DNA from: Pseudolabrys sp. | GTDB taxonomy: Bacteria > Pseudomonadota > Alphaproteobacteria > Rhizobiales > Xanthobacteraceae | Direction: 5' to 3' | DNA length: 64,000 bases | NCBI GenBank assembly: GCA_050184975.1 | Contig: JBFWZV010000013.1 | Location: 821 to 64,820 of the forward strand | Part shown: positions 1-7,390 of the stretch, piece by piece | Numbering within the stretch: position 1 is the first letter of the stretch | How the letters are laid out: each line of letters starts with the position of its first letter | Notes under the pieces: generated by a model | Databases searched by the model: none | Told to the model about the DNA's origin: nothing | The model's input: only the letters and a program-made list of their open reading frames with translations | Program-made: the position numbers and the translations under genes

Positions 1-1
1 T

Positions 2-415
2 GCGCGGCTTGCCGCGCGCGCCGGCGCCGACGGCGCACACCTCACCGGCATCACCGCCTTCACCGAAGCGCTCGAGACGTTGAAGCCGGACCGCATCGCC
101 GGCGTGGCGGGACTAGCGACCCGCCACGACGCCATGCTCGCCACTGAAGCCGGCGCCGACTATGTGATGTTCGGCGAGCCGACGGAACAAGGCCGGCCGC
201 CCTTTCCCGCGGTGCTCGACCGCATCGCGTGGTGGGCGGAAGTTTTCGAGAGCCCTTGCGTCGGCTATGCCGGCGATGCCGAGGAAGCCGCAGCGCTTGC
301 GGCGACGGGCGCCGACTTCGTCGCCGTCGATTTCATCTGGAGCGATCCGCGCGGGCCACGCGCGGCGACCGCCGCTGCTGCCGCCGCCTTGACGCTGCCG
401 GAGCCGGTGCCGTGA
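2..415 (+). CDS. Thiamine-phosphate synthase (TMP-TENI) family protein, 5'-truncated by the window
   Basis: Frame open from position 2: ARLAARAGADGAHLTG...RHDAMLATEAGADYVMFG, typical of ThiE-like TIM barrels; usual thiE-like/Sel1/suhB order. Confidence 0.75.
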   Translation, partial: ARLAARAGADGAHLTGITAFTEALETLKPDRIAGVAGLATRHDAMLATEAGADYVMFGEPTEQGRPPFPAVLDRIAWWAEVFESPCVGYAGDAEEAAALAATGADFVAVDFIWSDPRGPRAATAAAAAALTLPEPVP

Positions 416-420
416 ACGCG

Positions 421-1395
421 ATGCGCCAACTGCTTCTTGCCGCCGCGGCAAGCCTCGTCGTGACGACCGCCGCGCAAGCGCAGGCGACCCGCCCGGCAAC
501 GCCGTCCGCGCCTCCGGCCGAACCTGCGACCGGCGCACCGCCGCTGAAGCCGGAAGACGTCGCCTACGGCGCCTATCAGCGCGGCTATTTTCTCACCGCG
601 CTGAACGAGGCGACGAAACTTGCCAACGAGAACAACGTCAAGGCGATGGCGCTGCTCGGCGAGCTGTACGCCAACGGTTTCGGTGTCGGCCGCGACGACG
701 CCAAGGCGACGCAATGGTACAAGCTCGCCGCCGAGCGCGGCGATCGCGAGGCGATGTTCGCGCTCGCGCTGTTCCGCTTTCAGGGCCGCGGTGGCCCGCG
801 CGACGCCGCCGAAGGCGCGAAGCTGTTCGAACAGGCCGCTAATCTCGGCCACATCGCCGCCGCCTACAATCTCGGCCTGCTCTATCTGCAGGGCCAGGAG
901 GTCAAGCAGGACTTCACGCGCGCGGCCGAACTGTTCCGGCTCGGCGCCCGTGGCGGCAGCCCGGAGGCGCAATACGCGCTGGCGACCCTGTTGAAGAACG
1001 GCAACGGCGTGACGAAGAACGAGACCGAGGCCATGCTGCTGATGAGTCAGGCGGCACGGGCCGGCAATACCGACGCGATGGTCGAATTCGGCATCGCGCA
1101 GTTCAACGGCAGCCACACCAAAAAGGACGAAACCGCCGCGATCAAATTGCTCGAAAAGGCGGCACGGCGCGGCAGCGCGATCGCGCAGAACCGCATCGCG
1201 CGCATTCTCTCCGCCGGCAAGGGCACTCAGGCCGATCCGGTCGAGGCGATCAAGTGGCACATCGTCGCCAAGGCCGGCGGCGCCGGCGATCCCGAGCTCG
1301 ACGTCTACGTGTCCAAGCAGAAACCGTCCGACCGCGAGAAGGCCGAAGACGCCGCCAGGAAGTGGCTCGCAACCGCCGGTCTGACGAGCCCCTGA
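421..1395 (+). CDS. Sel1-like repeat (SEL1/TPR) secreted protein
   Basis: Signal peptide MRQLLLAAAASLVVTTAAQA and repeated AxxxLGxLYxxGxGV..D..KA..WY..AA motifs; start set at ATG 421. Confidence 0.9.
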   Translation: MRQLLLAAAASLVVTTAAQAQATRPATPSAPPAEPATGAPPLKPEDVAYGAYQRGYFLTALNEATKLANENNVKAMALLGELYANGFGVGRDDAKATQWYKLAAERGDREAMFALALFRFQGRGGPRDAAEGAKLFEQAANLGHIAAAYNLGLLYLQGQEVKQDFTRAAELFRLGARGGSPEAQYALATLLKNGNGVTKNETEAMLLMSQAARAGNTDAMVEFGIAQFNGSHTKKDETAAIKLLEKAARRGSAIAQNRIARILSAGKGTQADPVEAIKWHIVAKAGGAGDPELDVYVSKQKPSDREKAEDAARKWLATAGLTSP

Positions 1396-1439
1396 GAACA
1401 CCTTGACGGCGGGCGCGGCGGCGGGCAGACCACGCCGCC

Positions 1440-2234
1440 ATGCTCCGCTCAGCACTGCTCAACGTGATGGTCCAGGCCGCGCAGAAGGCCGCGCGTTCGC
1501 TCAAGCGCGACTTCGGCGAGATCGAGAAATTGCAGGTCTCGGTCAAAGGGCCCGGCAATTACGCCAGCGCCGCCGACCGCAAGGCGGAAGAAACGCTCTA
1601 TCAGGAGCTCTCGAAGGCGCGGCCGGGCTACGGTTTTCTCGGCGAGGAAGGCGGCGTGCGCGAGGGCGCCGACAAGACCCACACCTGGATCGTCGATCCG
1701 CTCGACGGCACTTCGAATTTCCTGCACGGCATCCCGCATTTCGCGATCTCGATCGGGCTCGAGCGCGAGGGCACGCTGATCGCCGGCGTCGTCTACAATC
1801 CGATCACCGACGACCTGTTCTTTGCCGAACGCGGCAAGGGCGCATTCCTCCACGACAGCCGCATCCGCGTCGCCGCGCGCCGCGACTTGAGCCACGCGCT
1901 GGTCGCCTGCCCGCTGCCGCATATCGGCCGCCGCGATCCGGCCATCGACCGCGAGCTGGCCGCCATGCAGACGAATGTCGCAGGGCTTCGCCGCTACGGC
2001 GCCGCCGCGCTCGATCTCGCCTGGATCGCGGCCGGGCGGTTCGACGCCTATTGGGAGCGCGGCATCAAGCCGTGGGACATGGCGGCCGGCATCGTGCTGG
2101 TCCGGGAGGCAGGCGGCTTCGTCACCGACATCGACGGCGGCGACGCCATGTTCGAGAAGGGCCATATCCTCGCCGGCAACGAGGTCATGCACCGGGAGAC
2201 GCTCCGGGTGCTCGGACAAGCCGCCAAAGACTGA
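1440..2234 (+). CDS. suhB: Inositol monophosphatase family protein
   Basis: WIVDPLDGTSNF, GEEGG and WDMAAG motifs. Confidence 0.93.
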   Translation: MLRSALLNVMVQAAQKAARSLKRDFGEIEKLQVSVKGPGNYASAADRKAEETLYQELSKARPGYGFLGEEGGVREGADKTHTWIVDPLDGTSNFLHGIPHFAISIGLEREGTLIAGVVYNPITDDLFFAERGKGAFLHDSRIRVAARRDLSHALVACPLPHIGRRDPAIDRELAAMQTNVAGLRRYGAAALDLAWIAAGRFDAYWERGIKPWDMAAGIVLVREAGGFVTDIDGGDAMFEKGHILAGNEVMHRETLRVLGQAAKD

Positions 2235-2419
2235 GCCTCGCCTGATCCGCCGGACCAGGCCCGACCGTCACCCCATTTTGATGCGAATCGGCTGGAAGAT
2301 GACGGTTGCGCCGGCCGGCCGATGTTTCTAACGATGCAAGGGCTGTGGCATAGTGGCCGCAGGCCCTGAAGAGGCGTACCGGCCGGCAACGCCCGCAACA
2401 GAACGCCGCGACAGACCCG

Positions 2420-3415
2420 ATGGCATCCGAATCCGATCCGCTGAAACTGTCCTCGCCCCGCATCTTCCTGCTGCGGATGCTGATCTTCATCATCCTCGGC
2501 GGATTGATTGCCTTCGTGCTCTACAAGCAGATCGAGGTCGCCTTCCTCGCCAATCCGAGCCTCAATGCACTCATCATCGGCGTGCTCGCGATCGGCATCA
2601 TCCTGTCGCTGCGGCAGGTGATCCGCCTCTATCCGGAAATCCGCTGGGTCAACAATTTCCGGCTCGGCGATCCGGGGATCGCGGTCGAGCGGCCGCCGAC
2701 GCTGCTCGCGCCGATGGCGGCGATCCTCGGCGGCAGCCGCGGCTCCGGCTTTGCGATGTCGCCGCAGCTGATGCGCGGCATTCTCGACTCGATCGCCACC
2801 CGGCTCGACGAGGCGCGCGACATCTCGCGCTACATGACCGGCCTGCTCGTGTTCCTCGGCCTCTTGGGCACCTTCTGGGGCCTGATCGAAACCGTCAGTT
2901 CGGTCGGCGGCGTGATCCAGACCATGAAGCCCGGCGGCGACGCCGCCACCATGTTCGACAGCCTGCGCGAGGGCCTCGCCGCGCCGCTCGCCGGCATGGG
3001 CATTTCGTTTTCGTCGTCGCTGTTCGGCCTCGCCGGCTCGCTGGTGCTCGGCTTCCTCGATCTGCAGTCGAGCCAGGCGCAGAACCGTTTCTACACCGAG
3101 CTCGAAGACTGGCTCTCGACCACCGTCTATGACCAGGCCGCCGAGCCCATGGCGGGAGCAGCCGCCGGTGTCGGCCTCGGCGGCGAGATGCGCGGCGCGA
3201 TCGACCGCCTGCGCGAGGCGATCGGCGAAGCCGGCTCCAGCAAGGCCGCGACCAGCGCGATGGCCAATCTTGCGGAAGCCATCCAGGGCCTCGTCCATCA
3301 CATGCGCACCGAACAGCAGATGATCCGCGACTGGGTCGACTCGCAGAGCGAGCAGCACCGCGAAATCCGCCGCCTGCTCGACCTGCTGGTGCGCGAGAAT
3401 GTGAACGAACGCTAG
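2420..3415 (+). CDS. MotA/TolQ/ExbB proton-channel family membrane protein
   Basis: TM helices with LGLLGTFWGL and GMGISFSSSLFGL; followed by an OmpA/MotB partner. Confidence 0.85.
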   Translation: MASESDPLKLSSPRIFLLRMLIFIILGGLIAFVLYKQIEVAFLANPSLNALIIGVLAIGIILSLRQVIRLYPEIRWVNNFRLGDPGIAVERPPTLLAPMAAILGGSRGSGFAMSPQLMRGILDSIATRLDEARDISRYMTGLLVFLGLLGTFWGLIETVSSVGGVIQTMKPGGDAATMFDSLREGLAAPLAGMGISFSSSLFGLAGSLVLGFLDLQSSQAQNRFYTELEDWLSTTVYDQAAEPMAGAAAGVGLGGEMRGAIDRLREAIGEAGSSKAATSAMANLAEAIQGLVHHMRTEQQMIRDWVDSQSEQHREIRRLLDLLVRENVNER

Positions 3416-3463
3416 GGCATGATCCCGAAAAGTGGAGACCGGTTTTCGGACAAGATCATGCCC
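3413..3463 (+). repeat. Palindromic Rhizobiales-type dispersed repeat (GCATGATC...GATCATGC), copy 1
   Basis: TAGGGCATGATCCCGAAAAGTGGAGACCGGTTTTCGGACAAGATCATGCCC; 10-bp terminal inverted repeat; begins on the upstream TAG stop. Confidence 0.9.
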
Positions 3464-3491
3464 CACAAAAAGATAAAACGGTGAGCTGACA

Positions 3492-4523
3492 ATGGCCCTC
3501 GCCCGCACCCGCCGCAGCGAAGCCGGGATGAATTACTGGCCCGGCTTCGTCGACGCGCTGTCGACGCTGATCCTCGCCATCATTTTCATCCTCACCGTGT
3601 TCGTCGTCGTGCAGTTTTTCCTGCAGCAGGAAGTCGCCGGCAAGGACACCGCGCTCAATCGCCTCAACGCGCAGATCGCGCAGCTGACCGAACTCTTGTC
3701 GCTGGAGCGCACCGGCAAGGTCGATCTCGAGGAGCAGCTGGCGCAACTGCGCGCCGGCCTGTCGGGCGTCGAGGCCGAGCGCGACCGTCTCAAAAGCGAA
3801 CTTGCCGGCGCCGGCGCCGGCGCGAGCGAGGCGCAGGGCCGCATCGGCACACTGACCGAGCAGCTCGAAGGCGAGAAGCGCATCACCGCCCGCGCGCTGG
3901 CGCAGGTCGAGGTGTTGAACCAGCAGATCGCGGCGCTGCGCCGCCAGCTTGCCGCGCTCGAATCCGCGCTTGAGGTCTCCGAGTCGAAGGACAAGGAGTC
4001 GCAGGCTCGCATCGCCGAGCTTGGCCAGCGGCTCAACGTGGCGCTCGCCCAGCGCGTGCAGGAACTGACCAAGTACCGCTCCGATTTCTTCGGCCGGCTG
4101 CGCCAGGTGCTGGCCGACCGGCCTGACATCCGCATCGTCGGCGACCGGTTCGTGCTGCCGTCCGAGCTGTTGTTCGAGACCGGCAAGGCGGAACTCCTGC
4201 CCGCCGCGCGCGCCGAGATCGACAAGATCGCGACGGCGCTTCTGGACATGGCCTCGAAAATCCCGGCCGACATCGCCTGGGTGCTCCGCGTCGACGGCCA
4301 CACCGACGTGCGGCCGACCGGCACCGCGGGCCAGTTCAAGTCGAACTGGGATTTGTCGGCCGCGCGCGCCATCGCGGTCGTGCAATATCTCGCCAGCAAG
4401 GGCATCCCGCCGCAGCGTCTCGTTGCCGCCGGCTTCGGCGAGTTCCAGCCGATCGACACCGGCACGACAGACGAAGCCTACCGGCGCAACCGCCGCATCG
4501 AATTCAAGCTGACCGAGCGGTAG
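3492..4523 (+). CDS. OmpA/MotB-family peptidoglycan-binding protein with coiled coil
   Basis: WPGFVDALSTL MotB-like TM segment, long coiled coil, C-terminal VDGHTD..NWDLSAARA..RRNRRIE. Confidence 0.9.
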   Translation: MALARTRRSEAGMNYWPGFVDALSTLILAIIFILTVFVVVQFFLQQEVAGKDTALNRLNAQIAQLTELLSLERTGKVDLEEQLAQLRAGLSGVEAERDRLKSELAGAGAGASEAQGRIGTLTEQLEGEKRITARALAQVEVLNQQIAALRRQLAALESALEVSESKDKESQARIAELGQRLNVALAQRVQELTKYRSDFFGRLRQVLADRPDIRIVGDRFVLPSELLFETGKAELLPAARAEIDKIATALLDMASKIPADIAWVLRVDGHTDVRPTGTAGQFKSNWDLSAARAIAVVQYLASKGIPPQRLVAAGFGEFQPIDTGTTDEAYRRNRRIEFKLTER

Positions 4524-4571
4524 GGCATGATCCCGAAAAGTGGAAACCGGTTTTCGGACAAGATCATGCCC
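4521..4571 (+). repeat. Palindromic dispersed repeat, copy 2
   Basis: Nearly identical to 3413-3463 (GAAACC vs GAGACC); begins on the upstream TAG stop. Confidence 0.9.
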
Positions 4572-4582
4572 AAAAAAAACAA

Positions 4583-5038
4583 GTGACCTCGCTCGCCTTC
4601 ACGCTGCGCGCCTACACCGACGCCGACGAGGACGCCGCGATCGAACTGTGGCGGCGGACCTGGGCCACGCACTTCCCGCATATCGACTTCAACAGCCGCG
4701 TCGCCTGGTGGCGCGAGCGCTGGAAGCAGGATCTCGTGCCCGTCACCGCGATCATGATCGCCGAATGCGACGGCGCGCTCGCCGGCTTCATGACCATCGA
4801 CGAGACCACCGGCTATCTCGACCAGATCGTGGTGGCGCCGGAACACTGGGGCAAGGGCATTGCGCTCGCGCTGCTCGACGAAGCCAAGCGCCGCGCGCCC
4901 GGCGGCATCGAATTGCTCGTCAACAAGGACAATACCCGCGCCATCAAGTTTTACGAGAAGCACGGCTTCGTCTTCGTCGGCGAGGACAAGAACCCGGTGT
5001 CGGGGATTCCGGTGAATAGGATGAAGTGGAGGCCTTAA
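4583..5038 (+). CDS. GNAT family N-acetyltransferase
   Basis: YLDQIVVAPEHWGKGIALALL and NTRAIKFYEKHGF motifs; GTG start. Confidence 0.9.
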   Translation: MTSLAFTLRAYTDADEDAAIELWRRTWATHFPHIDFNSRVAWWRERWKQDLVPVTAIMIAECDGALAGFMTIDETTGYLDQIVVAPEHWGKGIALALLDEAKRRAPGGIELLVNKDNTRAIKFYEKHGFVFVGEDKNPVSGIPVNRMKWRP

Positions 5039-5062
5039 GACGCTGCCACCATCCCCTCCTTA

Positions 5063-5450
5063 GTCATGGCCGGGCTTGTCCCGGCCATCCCGCTTAGGAA
5101 GGCACAGCGCTTCCTCAAACGATCTCCTCATACAAATCCCGCCACGACGGATTCTGTTGCGCGATGAGCCGCGTCTTGTAGGCGCGCGGCCAGTGCTTCA
5201 TATTCTTCTCGCGCGGGATCGCATCGCGTGACGACGCAAACTCCTCGAAGTGGACCAGCTTGTCGATGTTGTAACGCCGCGTATGTCCCGGCACGATCTT
5301 TTGCTTGTGCTCCTACACACGCCGGACGAGATCGTTCGTCACGCCGACATAGATCGCGCCGCCCGGCCTGCTGGCGAGGATGTAGACGTAGTAGTTGCGC
5401 ATCAGCCGAGTGTCAGGAATCGGGATGGCCGGGACAAGCCCGGCCATGAC
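5063..5450. mobile_element. REP doublet (REPIN-like) carrying a GIY-YIG gene
   Basis: Perfect 30-bp inverted repeat 5063-5092 / 5421-5450 (GTCATGGCCGGGCTTGTCCCGGCCATCCCG); internal landmarks GGCACAG and AATCGGG match the empty doublets at 29792 and 31182. Confidence 0.75.
5115..5402 (-). pseudogene. Small GIY-YIG nuclease family protein with an in-frame TAG at codon 30
   Basis: Manual translation MRNYYVYILASRPGGAIYVGVTNDLVRRV*EHKQKIVPGHTRRYNIDKLVHFEEF...REKNMKHW...NPSWRDLYEEIV; stop at 5313-5315; absent from the ORF track. Confidence 0.88.
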
Positions 5451-5461
5451 CGAATTGAAGC

Positions 5462-5491
5462 CTTGACGCTTGTGACCACGCAAGACTATAT
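5462..5491 (+). promoter_or_regulatory. Sigma70-type promoter CTTGAC-N18-CTATAT
   Basis: CTTGAC 5462-5467 and CTATAT 5486-5491 match the rhizobial RpoD consensus; the same boxes and spacing recur at 34249-34278 with a different spacer. Confidence 0.7.
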
Positions 5492-5607
5492 TCGCATTTA
5501 TATACTTGACAAAAGTACGACTATAATCCTAATTTGAGCCTGCGTGACAGGCCGGTGTCGTCAGTCAGGTAAATAGATGCGTTTCGCCAGAGAAAAGGTG
5601 AAACGCG

Positions 5608-5817
5608 ATGAATCAGAAGAATTACGACGTTGAAATCACTCCTCTGGTGGTCGAGGAGGTGTTTCAGGTATTGGTCCGAAGTGGAATCCAGTCGGAGTTG
5701 ATGGGGGCGGATAGACTACTGGTTGACGAAATGCTTCGTAAGTTTTGTCAGCTTTCCGGGCTTCGGGTGAAGGGCGGCTCAAATGAAACAGGTAAAACAT
5801 CACAAGCTGAAGTCTAA
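5608..5817 (+). CDS. Small hypothetical protein inside IS element 1
   Basis: 69-aa ORF after a hairpin containing AAGGTG; overlaps the 3' end of the minus-strand cargo gene, so it could be a shadow ORF. Confidence 0.4.
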   Translation: MNQKNYDVEITPLVVEEVFQVLVRSGIQSELMGADRLLVDEMLRKFCQLSGLRVKGGSNETGKTSQAEV

Positions 5818-6262
5818 CAAACTCCGTTTTCTCGACAAATTTCCACAGACCGCTTGTCGTTAGCGCCTCTGAGCCAGCAGGATTATGGGACGCCAAAACA
5901 AACACTTCGTCTGGCTCAATTCCAGGCTGTTCTTCGTCACCGTCCTGCCCTAACACATGCCAGTGTATGAACTCATTTCTCGTTTGATCTAGCTGCCTGA
6001 TTAATTTCAAAACGCTTCGCCAGAAGATCTGATATTCATCACCGAATTCGCTCTCAATTAAAGTGTCGATTATTCTGTTGCGAGAGTGAGTGTTTGTTAT
6101 GCGATAAAACACGATGCTTGCCTTTTGCACATCGGCGTCGATTAGGTCTGCGAACTGCAAGCATAGTTGTTGTTCGAGATCAGAGTATGCTTCCAATGCT
6201 GCGGCTCTCGCCAACTGCAACTTTTTAAGTAATTCTGGCGGATCAGATCGAAGGGTATCCAT
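5636..6262 (-). CDS. Passenger protein, putative HEPN-like (RNxxxH) domain
   Basis: 208 aa from the first in-frame ATG (6262); mostly helical with the motif LDQTRNEFIHW; no clear SD. Confidence 0.6.
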   Translation of the reverse strand: MDTLRSDPPELLKKLQLARAAALEAYSDLEQQLCLQFADLIDADVQKASIVFYRITNTHSRNRIIDTLIESEFGDEYQIFWRSVLKLIRQLDQTRNEFIHWHVLGQDGDEEQPGIEPDEVFVLASHNPAGSEALTTSGLWKFVEKTEFVRLQLVMFYLFHLSRPSPEARKADKTYEAFRQPVVYPPPSTPTGFHFGPIPETPPRPPEE

Positions 6263-6410
6263 GGGACAAAAACAACGCTTGTCGGAAACACAAAAGTTGA
6301 TGGGCGCTCTTGTGCGGATGCAGCCAAAGCCGCACGAGGAAATGCGCCTCAAGCCTAAAGCCAAAAAGGCTAAGAGTCCCGCGCGGAAACGCGCTTCCGC
6401 CAAGCGATAA
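6261..6410 (+). CDS. Conserved basic micro-protein (MxPKxHxxM[RK]L motif)
   Basis: MGQKQRLSETQKLMGALVRMQPKPHEEMRLKPKAKK...; motif shared with 32478-32660. Confidence 0.6.
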   Translation: MGQKQRLSETQKLMGALVRMQPKPHEEMRLKPKAKKAKSPARKRASAKR

Positions 6411-6448
6411 ACCGCCTCGCAGTATCCCTTATAAATCGGGGGTTTTGC

Positions 6449-7390
6449 TTAGTGAGTCGGCCGGTACGTCAGGCGCTTGCCTTCGATACCCTTCATTGCA
6501 AGCGCCGTCCGTTCCCCGTCAGTCACGCCGAGACCCGAACGATTGTTGTGGCGGAACTCAAACTCGGTGAGATACCGCTGCAAGTGCTGTTCGCCGCAGA
6601 AGCGATAAGTGCCCTTCATTCCGCGCTTGAAGTTACCAAAGAAATTCTCGACTGCGTTGGTCGTCTGTCCGTCTTTGCCGACATAAAAGCCGCGCTGGTT
6701 CCAGCCATGCTCTACTGTTTTGTGAGCGGCAAACTCGCGACCGACTTGAGTGTAGAGAGGGCTTTCGTCGGTGTGTAATTCGCTGGAGCGGTGAGCGTTA
6801 CGAACCAAAACGTCGCGCACGGTTTCTTTGTTCGCGCGCTGCACATGGAACACGCGAGCGCGGCCAGAGGGCTTCTCGACAAGCGCGACAACGGACGCTT
6901 TCTTGCTGTGGCCCTTACGGTAGGACTTCGCCCGCTTCGACGTGCGGCCATAGTACGTCTCGTCAGCCTGAATGCTGGAGCCTTCGCCACCCATAGGCGA
7001 AGGAGCAAGATCGGTCATCGCTTCACGCAAGCGGTGCATCATGAACCAAGCGGTCTTATAGGTGACGCCGACAAGGCGATGGATTTCGTGGGCAGAGCAG
7101 CCGTTCTTGCCTGAATTGAACAGGTGAGCGGCCATCCACCACTTTGTCAGGGGAACCTTGCTGCGCTCAAAAACTGTGCCGACCGTGACGGTGAACTGGC
7201 CTTTGCATTCGTGGCACCAGTAGAGGCCGGGACGCGCGGACTTGCCTTCGATCTTGCCGATCTTCTCTTGATGGGAGTTGCCGCAGTGAGGACAAATAGG
7301 ACCATCGGGCCAGCGCACCGCCTCAAGGGCTTCGCGGGCCTTGGTTTCGTCCTGAAAGATGGGGTTCTGAAACGTTGCTTTCTTGGCCAT
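6449..7390 (-). CDS. IS1595-family DDE transposase
   Basis: N-terminal Zn ribbon CPHCG..CHEC, ADETYYG, HTDE, TNAVENFFG and GKRLTY; ATG 7390 preceded by AGGGAG. Confidence 0.95.
   Translation of the reverse strand: MAKKATFQNPIFQDETKAREALEAVRWPDGPICPHCGNSHQEKIGKIEGKSARPGLYWCHECKGQFTVTVGTVFERSKVPLTKWWMAAHLFNSGKNGCSAHEIHRLVGVTYKTAWFMMHRLREAMTDLAPSPMGGEGSSIQADETYYGRTSKRAKSYRKGHSKKASVVALVEKPSGRARVFHVQRANKETVRDVLVRNAHRSSELHTDESPLYTQVGREFAAHKTVEHGWNQRGFYVGKDGQTTNAVENFFGNFKRGMKGTYRFCGEQHLQRYLTEFEFRHNNRSGLGVTDGERTALAMKGIEGKRLTYRPTH

Noticed and set aside
5313-5315. Recoding of the GIY-YIG TAG as pyrrolysine or by readthrough
   Set aside because: No pyl machinery in the window; a single substitution from TAY (RRVYEH) or a sequencing error is simpler.
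5484-5493. Alternative IS boundary with a 10-bp duplication GACTATATTC and TIR starting GCAT
   Set aside because: It fits the sequence equally well, but the 8-bp/CGCAT reading matches the usual IS1595 duplication length; boundary uncertainty is 1 bp per end.
5636-7390. Transposase frame continues past its TAA, without another stop, into cargo gene 1 (possible readthrough fusion)
   Set aside because: Not reproduced in element 2, where the frame closes soon after the stop; likely chance.
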